From an uncultured Bacteroidales bacterium (lineage in GTDB: Bacteria; Bacteroidota; Bacteroidia; Bacteroidales; JAUNSR01): 64,000 nt of DNA. The DNA lies in NCBI GenBank assembly GCA_947074105.1, contig CAMTON010000001.1, forward strand, positions 45,814 to 109,813. Reading direction: 5' to 3'. A program made the position numbers and the translations under genes. A model generated the notes under the pieces. That model did not search any database. It had not been told where the DNA came from and was given only the letters and a program-made list of their open reading frames with translations. This document shows positions 31,090 to 41,744 of this stretch, piece after piece. The stretch's first letter is position 1, and every line of letters begins with the position of its first letter.

Positions 31090-31653
31090 ATGGAAAGTTT
31101 TATCGACTATGCTAAAATAGACTATGCCGTATTCGGCGGCGGATGCTTCTGGTGTACCGAGGCTATTTTCAAAAATGTAAAAGGAGTATTAACAATCGAA
31201 CCCGGTTATGCGGGCGGGGAGATTATAAATCCGACTTACAGAGAAGTATGTTCCGGAAAAACAGGTCATGCCGAAGTTATAAAAGTGACTTTTGACAAAA
31301 GTGTTATCAGTTACCGCGAACTTGTACAGATAGATCTTGTAACTCACGACCCTACAACACCTAACCGTCAGGGTGATGATGTAGGGCCTCAGTATCGCTC
31401 CATAATCTTTTATAAAAACGAAGAGGAAAAGAATATAGCTATTGATGAAATTCATAAAATGAATTCATACTATAGTGATCCGGTGATTACGGAAGTTGAA
31501 AGACTTAAAGAATTCTTTCCGGCAGAGCAATATCATCATGATTATTACAATAATAATCCTGAAGAGCCTTACTGCAAAAATGTGATAGAGCCTAAAATAA
31601 CTAAGTTCAGAAGCAAAATACTTGAAGATACCAACGCAGGTTCAGGATTATGA
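31090..31653 (+). CDS. msrA: Peptide-methionine (S)-S-oxide reductase
   Basis: GGGCFWC, TGHAEV and RQGDDVGPQYRS motifs. Confidence 0.96.
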   Translation: MESFIDYAKIDYAVFGGGCFWCTEAIFKNVKGVLTIEPGYAGGEIINPTYREVCSGKTGHAEVIKVTFDKSVISYRELVQIDLVTHDPTTPNRQGDDVGPQYRSIIFYKNEEEKNIAIDEIHKMNSYYSDPVITEVERLKEFFPAEQYHHDYYNNNPEEPYCKNVIEPKITKFRSKILEDTNAGSGL

Positions 31654-32049
31654 TCTGAAAATACTTCCCAGATCCTCTTCATCAAGAGTTCCGAACCATC
31701 GGCAAAGAGTGTTTTTTGCTTTCTCTTTTATTTCAGGTGTGATATTGCGGCTAACGGCATGAAAAGCCCACATAAGAGCTACGATATCATCGGCATAACC
31801 AATCCCCGGAAGAAAATCCGGTACCATATCAAACGGAAGGATAAAATAACCCAGAGCACCGACTATTTTGGTCTTATCGTTAACATTTGTCCGGGGATCT
31901 ATCATAACGTAATAAAGAAGAAGTGAAATATAAGTAGTTTTCACACCAGCCTTACGAGCCACATTCTGTAGCTTTTTCCAGAAAGAACTTTCTGAATATG
32001 AAGCTGAATAACGATTATAATTCTGAAGCTGATATTTTTTATTTTCCAT
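31648..32049 (-). CDS. YkvA / DUF1232 family membrane protein
   Basis: ALGYFILPFDMVPDFLPGIGYADD motif. Start placed at MENKKY (32049). Confidence 0.88.
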   Translation of the reverse strand: MENKKYQLQNYNRYSASYSESSFWKKLQNVARKAGVKTTYISLLLYYVMIDPRTNVNDKTKIVGALGYFILPFDMVPDFLPGIGYADDIVALMWAFHAVSRNITPEIKEKAKNTLCRWFGTLDEEDLGSIFRS

Positions 32050-32254
32050 TGTTAGTCTGTACGTTTTATTACCACAAAGATAATAAAGTTTCATGTTAAG
32101 CCTTATGTGTTAACTTATTACAGCATTCGATATTTAAAGTTAAAGAATAAAACATATATATGGCACTCAGAATAAATTTATAAATCAACCAATATCAGAC
32201 TACATATGTTATTCCTTAAAACATATTCTTAACAAGATATTTAAAAATACTATT

Positions 32255-33481
32255 ATGAAAATAACAACAGGACAGGGAACAATCTCCGTGGTAACTCTGA
32301 TAGCTGTATGGTCGATTTCCGCTATCATATCGTTGCCTGGATTAGCCGTTACTCCCATTTTGGGCGATCTCTCAAAAATATTCAAAGGTGTATCGGAGGA
32401 GGAAATACAGATGCTTTCCTCTGTACCGAATCTTTTAATAATACCGTTTGTTCTGCTTTCAGGAAAAATAGCCGAGAGTAAAGGGAAACTCGTAATTCTT
32501 GTTATCGGTCTTGCAATATTCTTTTTATGTGGTATCCTTTATTTTTTTGCAGAAACCATGGGAGTACTTATGGCAATAAGTTGCCTGCTTGGTGTCGGTG
32601 CCGGAATGATAATTCCCCTTTCCACCGGTCTTATTGCAGAAATTTTTACCGGTGAATACCGTACCCGCCAGTTAGGCTACAGTTCATCAATACAGAATCT
32701 TATCCTTGTTTTCGCAACATTCATTACCGGTTGGCTTGCAAATATCAACTGGCATATGCCGTTCGTTGTTTATCTTCTTCCTGCAGTATCACTTGTTCTC
32801 GCCAACTTCCTGAGAGCACCTTATCTTAAAAACAATCACGAAGTTACAAATGAGGTAAAAGCAGATTCTTCGCTTGAAAAAACGCCATATATAGAAGCAG
32901 GAAAACAGTGGAATATAAAGCTTCTTATCGGTTTTATGACAATATATTTCTTATCTACATATATTAGTCTGATAATATCCTTCAATTTATCATTTGTTCT
33001 TGAAGAATATGGGATGAAAAGTGATATTTCAGGGATAATTATCGCTATTACTTTCGGTGCGATTATGGTTCCGGGACTTTTTATAAATAAGTTTATCAGT
33101 TTCTTTAAAAATTATTTTCTTTTCGTCAGCTTCGCTCTTATAACTATAGGACTTCTGTTTGAAGTATTATTTAAAAATGCCTTCCTTATAACAATCGGTG
33201 CATGCGCAATTGGTTTCGGCTATGGTATGACTCAGCCCCTTATGTATGCCAAGACCGTACTTGTTGCCCGAGTAAAGAAATCCGTTACAGCTCTTGCATT
33301 CCTTATGGTCATGAATTATATAGCAATTGTTCTTATTCCGGTAGGAATGAACTTCTTTAATGATCTGTTTAACAATCATACTGCAATATTCCCTTTTGTG
33401 GTAAATATGTTCATGTCAGTCATTGTCACTCTTGTAGCCTTTTTCAGCAGACATAAATTCCTGTTCTCTTCAGAAATGTAA
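32255..33481 (+). CDS. MFS transporter
   Basis: About 12 hydrophobic helices arranged in two halves with a central loop. Confidence 0.88.
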   Translation: MKITTGQGTISVVTLIAVWSISAIISLPGLAVTPILGDLSKIFKGVSEEEIQMLSSVPNLLIIPFVLLSGKIAESKGKLVILVIGLAIFFLCGILYFFAETMGVLMAISCLLGVGAGMIIPLSTGLIAEIFTGEYRTRQLGYSSSIQNLILVFATFITGWLANINWHMPFVVYLLPAVSLVLANFLRAPYLKNNHEVTNEVKADSSLEKTPYIEAGKQWNIKLLIGFMTIYFLSTYISLIISFNLSFVLEEYGMKSDISGIIIAITFGAIMVPGLFINKFISFFKNYFLFVSFALITIGLLFEVLFKNAFLITIGACAIGFGYGMTQPLMYAKTVLVARVKKSVTALAFLMVMNYIAIVLIPVGMNFFNDLFNNHTAIFPFVVNMFMSVIVTLVAFFSRHKFLFSSEM

Positions 33482-33502
33482 TGTCTTGCTTATATTTTAT
33501 AA

Positions 33503-33549
33503 TATGTCGCATAAAGAATAAATAAGACACTTCTTTATGCGACATTTTT
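33503..33549 (+). terminator. Rho-independent terminator
   Basis: ATGTCGCATAAAGAA...TTCTTTATGCGACAT followed by TTTT. Confidence 0.8.
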
Positions 33550-33964
33550 GTATTGCAGAAAAAGAGTTTTCGTTAAAAGCAGATTATTATTAACACAATA
33601 TTTACAATACATAACATTTATTTAGCAACCATTTCACAATATCAGTTGTTTATGTTAATTACAAAAAGACGGATAAAATTGGTATCTTTTACGATTAAGG
33701 AAAATGAATAAACATTTGACTTATATTCGGTTATTATTATCCGTTAATGTCCAGAGCGGAACATGTATACTCGTAATTTGAATCGGCCTTTAAAGCAGAC
33801 ATACTTGCCCGGAAACTGAGATGAAAAATATTAACTGATGACTTATAATATAGATTTCCGGTTTACTTCTTTGGGTTTTTGCTTCCGGCAAAACTCCGGC
33901 GGAGGAATTATAATAAAGACTTATAGTGATTAGAAACTTCTTTCTTCGAAAAATACGACCCCCA

Positions 33965-34174
33965 ATGAAACTTATTAAAATCATCCTTCTTTTCACGGCA
34001 GGTGTTATATTACTTACGATATGGCTCCAGTTAGGTGATTTCCTGTTTGACAATGTTACACGGCGGAGCTTATCATCCTACCTGTTGCAGTCCGCAGTCA
34101 CAATGTCGACCATACTTATTGCAATACTGATATATTTGAAATTTAAGAAACAAAAAAACACTAACAGAGCATAA
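33965..34174 (+). CDS. Small hypothetical membrane protein (2 TM)
   Basis: MKLIKIILLFTAGVILL...ILIAILIYLKFKKQK: two TM segments with a positive-inside tail. Confidence 0.45.
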   Translation: MKLIKIILLFTAGVILLTIWLQLGDFLFDNVTRRSLSSYLLQSAVTMSTILIAILIYLKFKKQKNTNRA

Positions 34175-34391
34175 GCTTATTATATTTTCTTCAGTTATCA
34201 ATTCTTCAGTCAGTCGACCCTGACATAATTAACGGTTAAAGTTACTTGTATTTATATTTAATTATATAATTTTACTTTACTCTACAGCAACATGTTATTA
34301 TATAAAGATCATATTTTATTCATCTCTATATGATTCAATATAAAACATGCTCTTCTTTTACAGGTATCTTATTAACTAAAAAAGTATCAGA

Positions 34392-35249
34392 ATGAAGAAA
34401 TTACTCTGCTCTCTTATGTTATGTCAGCTGTCTCTTTTCTTACTTTCCTTTAATATTACCGCACAGGAAATGAATTTTAATATCATTTCCGATTTTGAGC
34501 TGACGCTTCCGGAAATGGAAATTAATCCTTACCGGATAATGCCGCTTTCAAAAGACGAAATTGATAAAAAACTTATCATGGAACGTTTAAATGTGACACA
34601 GGATATTCCTTTTGAGATTGCAAAGGACAAAAGTCTCTATCTTAACGGCGAATACAATGTGAACGGTGTTATCAGAGAATTTCGAAGAGGCGCACTTTTG
34701 GGAAGCGGAGCTCAGGAAAATCTTATCGGTCTCGGTACGGTAAATACCGGGACATTTGCCTATCTGCATAAATTTAATGACAGACTTTCGGTTACAACTC
34801 ATATTACAGCGGTTAAATTCAATTCTCCCTATTCCATAAATCAGACTTTAGAAACAGGCGTAAGTCTGGCTTATCGTGTTGCTGACCGAATTGCATTCAA
34901 TGCTTTCGGCAACTATACGATAGGCAACAGCTATTATGCCGTGGGAGATATTTACAACAATACAAATTTCGGAGGATACTTCTCTTTCGATATGAGCGAA
35001 CGTTTCGGAATAGCTCTCGGAGCACAACATCATTATTATCAGTCGGTCAATATGTGGGAAACAGATCCTATCATCATGCCATATTTTAAAATCAATGATA
35101 CACCGATAGGTATTGACGTAGGCGGAATTATAAAAAGTTTAATAAAAGGCGCAATAGATAAAAACAGTAAGTCAGGCAACGGACCGACAATGATGAACGG
35201 GACCATTATGCCTCCTAAAATGAATATTCCCGTAAGACCGCGATTATAG
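34392..35249 (+). CDS. Hypothetical exported protein, probable outer-membrane beta-barrel
   Basis: Signal peptide and alternating aromatic/Gly beta-strands (FGGYFSFDMSERFGIALGAQ). Confidence 0.7.
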   Translation: MKKLLCSLMLCQLSLFLLSFNITAQEMNFNIISDFELTLPEMEINPYRIMPLSKDEIDKKLIMERLNVTQDIPFEIAKDKSLYLNGEYNVNGVIREFRRGALLGSGAQENLIGLGTVNTGTFAYLHKFNDRLSVTTHITAVKFNSPYSINQTLETGVSLAYRVADRIAFNAFGNYTIGNSYYAVGDIYNNTNFGGYFSFDMSERFGIALGAQHHYYQSVNMWETDPIIMPYFKINDTPIGIDVGGIIKSLIKGAIDKNSKSGNGPTMMNGTIMPPKMNIPVRPRL

Positions 35250-36617
35250 CTACAGATGAGGAAGTCTTACAATAAAAGTGGTTCCCTCCCCTATATCCGA
35301 TTTAACCGAAATATCACCGTGATGTATATTTATAATCTTCTTTGCAAGAGTCATGCCTATTCCGTAACCCTGTATATGAGTATGCTCTTCTCCTCTGTAG
35401 AAAAGATTGAAAATATTTTCCCTGTCTGTTTCACTCATACCGATCCCTTTATCAGAAAAACTTATTATCGTGAATTCTTTCAAAAAGGAAATACGGATTA
35501 CCGAAGTCTTATTTTCCGAATATTTACAATTGTTTTCTATAAGATTCACAAAAGCTGTTTTAAGAAGATACGGATTCGCCTTAATCATAAGAGCATCATC
35601 ATCATCTGATTCCTGATCAAAAAATAGTTCAATATGATAATCCGGATGAGCCTTTATGGCAAGTTCATTGGCATCTATAAGAAGTTCGTCCAGACGCAGA
35701 GGTTCCATCTTTATCTCTTCCGGTTCATAATCAGCCTTTGCAAGGTTCAGAAGTCCGTCAATCAGTTTGACGATACGCCCCGAATCCTGCAGTGCATTTG
35801 ATATTGAATGTCGGTATTGCTCAGGACTACGCTCTTTCTGCAGAGCAAGGTCAAGTTCGGCAGAAAGTGCAGCCATAGGCGTACGCAATTCATGAGAGAC
35901 ATTGCTGACAAACATCTTTTGAGAATTAAATGATTTTTCAATTCTGTCTAACAGTTCATTGAGTGTTACACTCAGCTCCCCCAGTTCATCACGTTCATTT
36001 TTTACCGGAAGCCTTTTATCAATATGCTTAACCGTTATATCTTCTGTTTCCCTGATAATATGTCTTATAGGCGATAATGTGCTTCTTGCAAGCAGATAAC
36101 CCACGATAAGCAATATTGTCAGACCGCACAACATCAATATTATCAGAAGATAACTTAATGAACGCTGTTTTGAATGACCATAACCGTCATGAGCAGCTGC
36201 CGTAAGAATATAATGCTTACCGTTGAATTCATAAAGCAGTCCGATTCCCTGACACTCATCAACAAACAGATCAATCTCTCCGGCTTCCTTAATCTTATTA
36301 AGCATTTCATCGGTTTCCTTTATAATATCTATCTGTGATGCGTCATGATAAAGAATTTCAAAATCAGTATCATAGATAGCGACTTCCACCTCATCGATAA
36401 ACATCCTGTTGTTGAGATATATCGACTGCATAGTTTCGGAATCCACCTTATTATTCAGAAAAAGCTGTGCTTTGGTTATAGCCTCCGCTTTAAGAGTTCT
36501 TGAAAATGCCTCACTACGGGTATGTTCACTGACATAATATATTGTAGTAATCAGTACACACAATATAGCTGCCGTTATCGAAGCATATTTCAATGTCAGT
36601 TTTGTACGTAGTTTCAT
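35250..36617 (-). CDS. Sensor histidine kinase (HAMP-HisKA-HATPase; CusS/CzcS-like)
   Basis: Two TMs, FVSNVSHELRTP, NLIENNCKYS, DKGIG and GYGIGM motifs. Confidence 0.93.
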   Translation of the reverse strand: MKLRTKLTLKYASITAAILCVLITTIYYVSEHTRSEAFSRTLKAEAITKAQLFLNNKVDSETMQSIYLNNRMFIDEVEVAIYDTDFEILYHDASQIDIIKETDEMLNKIKEAGEIDLFVDECQGIGLLYEFNGKHYILTAAAHDGYGHSKQRSLSYLLIILMLCGLTILLIVGYLLARSTLSPIRHIIRETEDITVKHIDKRLPVKNERDELGELSVTLNELLDRIEKSFNSQKMFVSNVSHELRTPMAALSAELDLALQKERSPEQYRHSISNALQDSGRIVKLIDGLLNLAKADYEPEEIKMEPLRLDELLIDANELAIKAHPDYHIELFFDQESDDDDALMIKANPYLLKTAFVNLIENNCKYSENKTSVIRISFLKEFTIISFSDKGIGMSETDRENIFNLFYRGEEHTHIQGYGIGMTLAKKIINIHHGDISVKSDIGEGTTFIVRLPHL

Positions 36618-37300
36618 ATCTTATCGGTTAAAATAAATCCCATACCGGTCTTGGTATGGATAAGTTTGGTTTCAAATCCCCTGTCTATCTTTTTACGGAG
36701 ATAATTGATATATACATCAATGAAATTTGTTCCGGTATCAAAATGAGTGCTCCACACTTTATCCGCGATATCTATTCTTGTAACAACCTTTTCAGCGTTC
36801 TCAACCATGTAGACAAGCAGGTTATATTCTTTCGGAGAAAGCTTTATCTCCTTATCCCCGCGTCTGACACTCTTTGTCATAAGATCTATGAATATATCGG
36901 AATAAGTAAGTTCTGTCTTTGTTTCTACCGGAATATTAGAGCCACGCTTCAGAAGCACCTTTATACGGGCATAAAGCTCCCTGAAGTCAAAAGGTTTAAC
37001 CATATAGTCGTCAGCTCCGGAATCGAAGCCGTCGAGTTTGTCGTCAGTAGAGCCTAAAGCAGTCAGCATAAGGATCGGGATATTTGGATTTTCGTTTCTT
37101 ATCTCCTTGCAGACTTCAAAGCCGTCCTTTTTTGGAAGGATCACATCTGAGATTATAAGATCTACCGTGTTGGATCTGAACAGCTTCAACCCCATAACAC
37201 CGTCATAAGCCACAAGACAGGAATATCCCTTTTCCTCCAGTCCTGCCTGAAGAAGGGTTGCGACGCGCTGTTCATCTTCTATTATAAGTATCTTATACAT
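36614..37300 (-). CDS. OmpR-family response regulator (CusR/CzcR-like)
   Basis: ILIIEDE, DVILP, KPF and IDVYINYLRKKID motifs. Has its own TATCTTTG promoter at 37327-37334; start placed at MYKIL. Confidence 0.93.
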   Translation of the reverse strand: MYKILIIEDEQRVATLLQAGLEEKGYSCLVAYDGVMGLKLFRSNTVDLIISDVILPKKDGFEVCKEIRNENPNIPILMLTALGSTDDKLDGFDSGADDYMVKPFDFRELYARIKVLLKRGSNIPVETKTELTYSDIFIDLMTKSVRRGDKEIKLSPKEYNLLVYMVENAEKVVTRIDIADKVWSTHFDTGTNFIDVYINYLRKKIDRGFETKLIHTKTGMGFILTDKI

Positions 37301-37406
37301 ATTCATGAGATTAATAAACAATAATACAAAGATAAATCAATAGTGATTCTATATAATGTAACAGAAATACAGAAAATTATAATGAAACTAAACCTGTAAT
37401 ATCTGA

Positions 37407-38645
37407 TCATTCGGTTTTCATATTCCATATGCCGCAAGCCTTTTCAAGCTGCACTAAAGAGATGGCATAATTCCTCATTGTTTCGAAATATCTGCTGTTA
37501 ATATCATTATACGATCGTTGTGCAATAAGAACGTCAAGAATAGCCGAGCCTCCTTTTTTATACATAAGGATTACTCCTTCGAGAATCTTACGTGATTCTT
37601 CAAGCATTCCGTTTTCAAAAAGTTCAAGCTTACGCCGTTCGGATTCATATATATTCCAGGACTGAGCTATTTCCGATCTTGCCTGAAGCACAATCTCCTT
37701 TTTCCGGATATCAGATTGTCGGATTCTTGATTCCGCGGCTTTTAATGTACCCTTATTTACATTTGAGAATTTCAGAGGAATACTTATGCCCCCGACTATT
37801 CCTCCGGAAACAGGCATATTCCTGTTCTGTCTGTCACGATCATAAGCAACAGAAAGACCAATATCCGGTCTTCTCTCCGGTTTTGCAAGTTTATATTGAT
37901 TTGTATTTATCTCAATCTCTTTTTCTGCTGCCGCGATATCTATCCTGTTTTCCATTCCTGTTTCTATCAGATCGTCAAGACATAGAGAGTATTCCCAGTC
38001 ATTTCCTCTAAGTTCAGGAACAGTATAATACGTAAGCTCTTCTCCCATATATTCATTCAGAATCACAAGTGCGTTATCATATTCTGCCTGTAGTGTGTAA
38101 ACCTCTGTAAGAAGCATTTCTGCTTCAAACTTCGATTGTCTTGCATCATTTTCCATAATTTCGCCCAAGCAATATCTCAAACTGTCGGATATGCTCAACT
38201 GCAACATATATTCATAAGAACTTATACTCAGATTTAGAAGTTCTTTCTGAAGCATCACATCAAGATAAGCGTTCGCTGCCATTGCTCTCAACTCCTGAAA
38301 ATAATATTGAAGAGCAAGATTCTCATATTCTGCAACACTGTTGGCAAGACGTATTCGTGATCTTCGTTTCCCTGTTTCAAGCAAATATGATATGCCGAAA
38401 GAATAATAATCTCTTCCTATCTCAAAATCAAATGCAGGGTCAGGGAAAACACTCATTGAAACAGCTTCCGCTTCGGCAATATCGACATTCATCTGTACGG
38501 CAAGATATCCGAGATTACTCTTTCTCACTTTTGAAAGATATTCTTCAAAAGACAGATGCGGTCCCGGCATATCCGTAAGATCATGAGCATAAATCCTTAG
38601 TGTAAATATTGAAGTTAAAATCAGTAATATAAATATCTTATTCAT
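37407..38645 (-). CDS. TolC/CzcC family outer-membrane efflux protein
   Basis: Signal peptide from MNKIFIL (38645) and YKKGGSAILDVLIAQRSY motif; follows the CusA/CzcA gene. Confidence 0.85.
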   Translation of the reverse strand: MNKIFILLILTSIFTLRIYAHDLTDMPGPHLSFEEYLSKVRKSNLGYLAVQMNVDIAEAEAVSMSVFPDPAFDFEIGRDYYSFGISYLLETGKRRSRIRLANSVAEYENLALQYYFQELRAMAANAYLDVMLQKELLNLSISSYEYMLQLSISDSLRYCLGEIMENDARQSKFEAEMLLTEVYTLQAEYDNALVILNEYMGEELTYYTVPELRGNDWEYSLCLDDLIETGMENRIDIAAAEKEIEINTNQYKLAKPERRPDIGLSVAYDRDRQNRNMPVSGGIVGGISIPLKFSNVNKGTLKAAESRIRQSDIRKKEIVLQARSEIAQSWNIYESERRKLELFENGMLEESRKILEGVILMYKKGGSAILDVLIAQRSYNDINSRYFETMRNYAISLVQLEKACGIWNMKTE

Positions 38646-41600
38646 TTTCTTCTTCATTTCTGTTTTTAATAAATCCTGCTTCAAGAAAATAATATAATGC
38701 CGGAAGGAGGAACATTGATATGAATGTCGAGAACATCAGGCCATATACTATCACCGTGGCAAGCGGACGTTGTACGTCACTGCCTATTCCTGTAGCAAGA
38801 GATGCCGGAAACAATCCGAGTATCGTTGTTACCGACGTCATCAGTATCGGACGGAAACGGTGACGCGCTCCGTGAAGAACAGACATTCTTAAAGTCAGTC
38901 CATCAGTACGAAGACGGTTAATATGTGACACCATTATTATTCCGTTTTGTATAGAAAGCCCGAACATAGCTATAAATCCTACGGCAGATGACACATTGAG
39001 ACTCATGCCTCTAATCGTAAGGGCAAGCATACCCCCGAGAAGAGACAGAGGCACTATACCAAGTATCAGAGCAGCCTGTCTGAATTTTCCGAACACGGCA
39101 TATAAAAGAATAAACATCATCATAAGTGCTACGGGAACTATCACCGCCAACCTGTCGTATGCACGATTTTTGTTCTCAAACTGTCCACCCCATTTCACTG
39201 TATAAAGATCCCTGTCATAATCCACTCTTTCTGCTATAAGACGCTGTGCCTCATCAAGAAAAGCGGATAGATCCCGTCCTCTCAGATTAAGTTTCACTGT
39301 AATATGACGACGGTTCATCTCTCTGCTTATGGTACTTTCTCCGGTAGAAAGTCTGACATCGGCAATCTGAGAAAGAGGGATTCTTATCCCTGATTCTGAA
39401 GTAAGCATAAGCGCAGCAATCTTCTCCGGAGTATCCCTGGATTCTTCTTTATATTTACATGTTATATCATACATGCGGTCGGACTGATAGAGCCTGGCAA
39501 CAGACTTTCCTCCTATCGCTACTTCTATAAGATCAGACACATCTGAAACGTTGAGTCCGTATCGGGCAACGGCATCACGGTCGATTACTATCTGAAGCTG
39601 AGGCAATGGCGGTTCCTGATCTATATCAAGGTCCACAGCTCCTTTAACTCCGCCAAGTACACTTTTTATATCCTCCGCAATTCTGCGTATCTCATGAAGA
39701 TCATTGCCGTAGACTTTTATCACAAGTTCACTGTGCGCTCCGGAAATCTTATCCATAACCCCATCTATCATAGGCTGACTGAAGCCTATACGGAATCCCG
39801 GAAGAGAAGTATATTCTGCCTCCAACTCATCTATAAGGTCACTTTTAGTCTTTCCGCTTGGCCACTCTTCATATGGTCTTATTCCTACCGAAACTTCAAA
39901 ATGTGAAGGTGTAAAAGGATCCGTGCCGTCGTCATTGCGTCCGGCCTGAACAGCTACATAAGTAACTTCAGGATATTTCATTGTTCTTGCCCGAAGAGTA
40001 TCCGAAAGCTCCTTAGACTTATCCAGAGATATTCCGGGAGGAAGATTGACTTGAAGCCATATAGAACCCTCATCAAGTTCGGGAAGAAAATCCTTGCCGA
40101 CAAAGAAGCTTAAGATCATACCTAATAGAAATATCACACCGGAAACTATGATTGCAGGACGGGGACTGTATATTATACGTTTTATAACACCGGAATATCT
40201 GTCTCTGAGATTATCAAGCCATTTATTCTTATATATTTTGCATGGACGACGATATATGGCATATCCTATACCCGGAATCAGAAAAAGAGAAACAAGCAGC
40301 GCTCCTACCATGGCATAACTCATTGTGAAGGCCATAGGCGTGAATAGTTTTCTTTCAACTCTTTCAAAAGCAAACAACGGCAGATAAGCCGTGATTATCA
40401 CTATCGTGGAGAAAAGAATAGGTTTTCCGACCTCCGCGGCCCTCATCGCAATGCTTTTTTCCTTAATTATCTCATCCGGATGATCTTCTCTTTTTTTCAG
40501 GATAGTCTCCATCATCACTATTGCTCCGTCAACTATTATACCAAAATCAATAGCTCCCAGGGATAGAAGATTGGCAGGTATATCTGTGATGTTCATAAGG
40601 ATAAAGGCGATCAGCAGCGATATCGGAATTGTGATAGAAACAAGCAGCGCTCCGCGCCAGTTACCAAGAAAAAGTATCATGACTAGAATCACAAGCGCCA
40701 TGCCGAGCAGGAGAGTATGCGAAACAGTGTCAAGTGTTGTATTGACAAGCTCCGTACGGTCCATAAAAGCATGTATTCTGACACCCTCAGGTAGAATCTC
40801 AGAGTTAAGTCGGTCAACGGCCTTATGAATATCTTCCAGAACGACAGAAGGATTCTCATGTTTTAAAAGAAGTACTATACCCTGAAGACTTTCAGAATAT
40901 TCGCGACTTCGGTCACTATATCCGAAGATTCCTTTTCGTTCAAGGTTCCCGTATTTCAGCGAACCTATATCATTCAGAAATACAGGCACTCCTTTTTCCG
41001 AACTAACCACTATACGACCCAGATCTTCAAGATTTTCAATCTGCCCGATTCCTCTCACAACATATCCTAAATCACCTCTTTTGACAATGCTTCCGCCTAC
41101 ATTTGAATTATTTTTCTCTATCGCCTCAATTATCTGTGATAAAGAAAGATCATACTGTTCCGTTTTATGAGGATCAATCTCAATCTGAAACTGAGTCGTT
41201 ATTCCTCCGAAATTGGTAACATCGGCCACACCTGATGTCTCTTTAAGATAAGGAATCACCACCCAGTTCTGGAAATCGGTCAGTTCTCTCAGAGAATGAC
41301 GATCGCTTTCGATAAGATATCTGTAAACCTCACCTATGGGAGATGTAAGCGGGTCAAGTCCCGGAACAGCTCCGTAAGGAAGCTCTGTTTCATTAAGTCT
41401 TTCCTGAATTCTCTGTCTTCCCCAATAATCATCTATTCCGTCTTTGAAGACAATTGTTATCATAGAGAGACCGAACGTACTTTTGCTTCTCATCACATGC
41501 ATTCCGGGAAGTCCGTTTATTGCTCTTTCTATCGGTATGGTGATCTGCTGTTCCACCTCTTCAGCTGCCAGACCCGGCACCTGAGTCACAATCTGTGACG

Positions 41601-41736
41601 TAACATCAGCAATATCAGGATACGCTTCAAGAGAAAGCTGTTTCCATGAATAATAGCCGAAAACACAAAGCATAACAAACAAACCCGAGATTATCCATCT
41701 TTTACGGATTATAGTCAACATCACATTATTCTTCAT
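38638..41736 (-). CDS. CusA/CzcA family heavy-metal efflux RND permease
   Basis: EAYPDIAD, SLGAIDFGIIVDGAIVMME (HME signature) and RFRPILMT motifs. Confidence 0.94.
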   Translation of the reverse strand: MKNNVMLTIIRKRWIISGLFVMLCVFGYYSWKQLSLEAYPDIADVTSQIVTQVPGLAAEEVEQQITIPIERAINGLPGMHVMRSKSTFGLSMITIVFKDGIDDYWGRQRIQERLNETELPYGAVPGLDPLTSPIGEVYRYLIESDRHSLRELTDFQNWVVIPYLKETSGVADVTNFGGITTQFQIEIDPHKTEQYDLSLSQIIEAIEKNNSNVGGSIVKRGDLGYVVRGIGQIENLEDLGRIVVSSEKGVPVFLNDIGSLKYGNLERKGIFGYSDRSREYSESLQGIVLLLKHENPSVVLEDIHKAVDRLNSEILPEGVRIHAFMDRTELVNTTLDTVSHTLLLGMALVILVMILFLGNWRGALLVSITIPISLLIAFILMNITDIPANLLSLGAIDFGIIVDGAIVMMETILKKREDHPDEIIKEKSIAMRAAEVGKPILFSTIVIITAYLPLFAFERVERKLFTPMAFTMSYAMVGALLVSLFLIPGIGYAIYRRPCKIYKNKWLDNLRDRYSGVIKRIIYSPRPAIIVSGVIFLLGMILSFFVGKDFLPELDEGSIWLQVNLPPGISLDKSKELSDTLRARTMKYPEVTYVAVQAGRNDDGTDPFTPSHFEVSVGIRPYEEWPSGKTKSDLIDELEAEYTSLPGFRIGFSQPMIDGVMDKISGAHSELVIKVYGNDLHEIRRIAEDIKSVLGGVKGAVDLDIDQEPPLPQLQIVIDRDAVARYGLNVSDVSDLIEVAIGGKSVARLYQSDRMYDITCKYKEESRDTPEKIAALMLTSESGIRIPLSQIADVRLSTGESTISREMNRRHITVKLNLRGRDLSAFLDEAQRLIAERVDYDRDLYTVKWGGQFENKNRAYDRLAVIVPVALMMMFILLYAVFGKFRQAALILGIVPLSLLGGMLALTIRGMSLNVSSAVGFIAMFGLSIQNGIIMVSHINRLRTDGLTLRMSVLHGARHRFRPILMTSVTTILGLFPASLATGIGSDVQRPLATVIVYGLMFSTFISMFLLPALYYFLEAGFIKNRNEEENE

Positions 41737-41744
41737 ATCTAACT

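Noticed and set aside
33821-33913. Possible small exported-protein remnant (MKNIN**LII*ISGLLLWVFASGKTPAEEL)
   Set aside because: Three in-frame stops within 11 codons and no recognisable homology; too weak to call a pseudogene.
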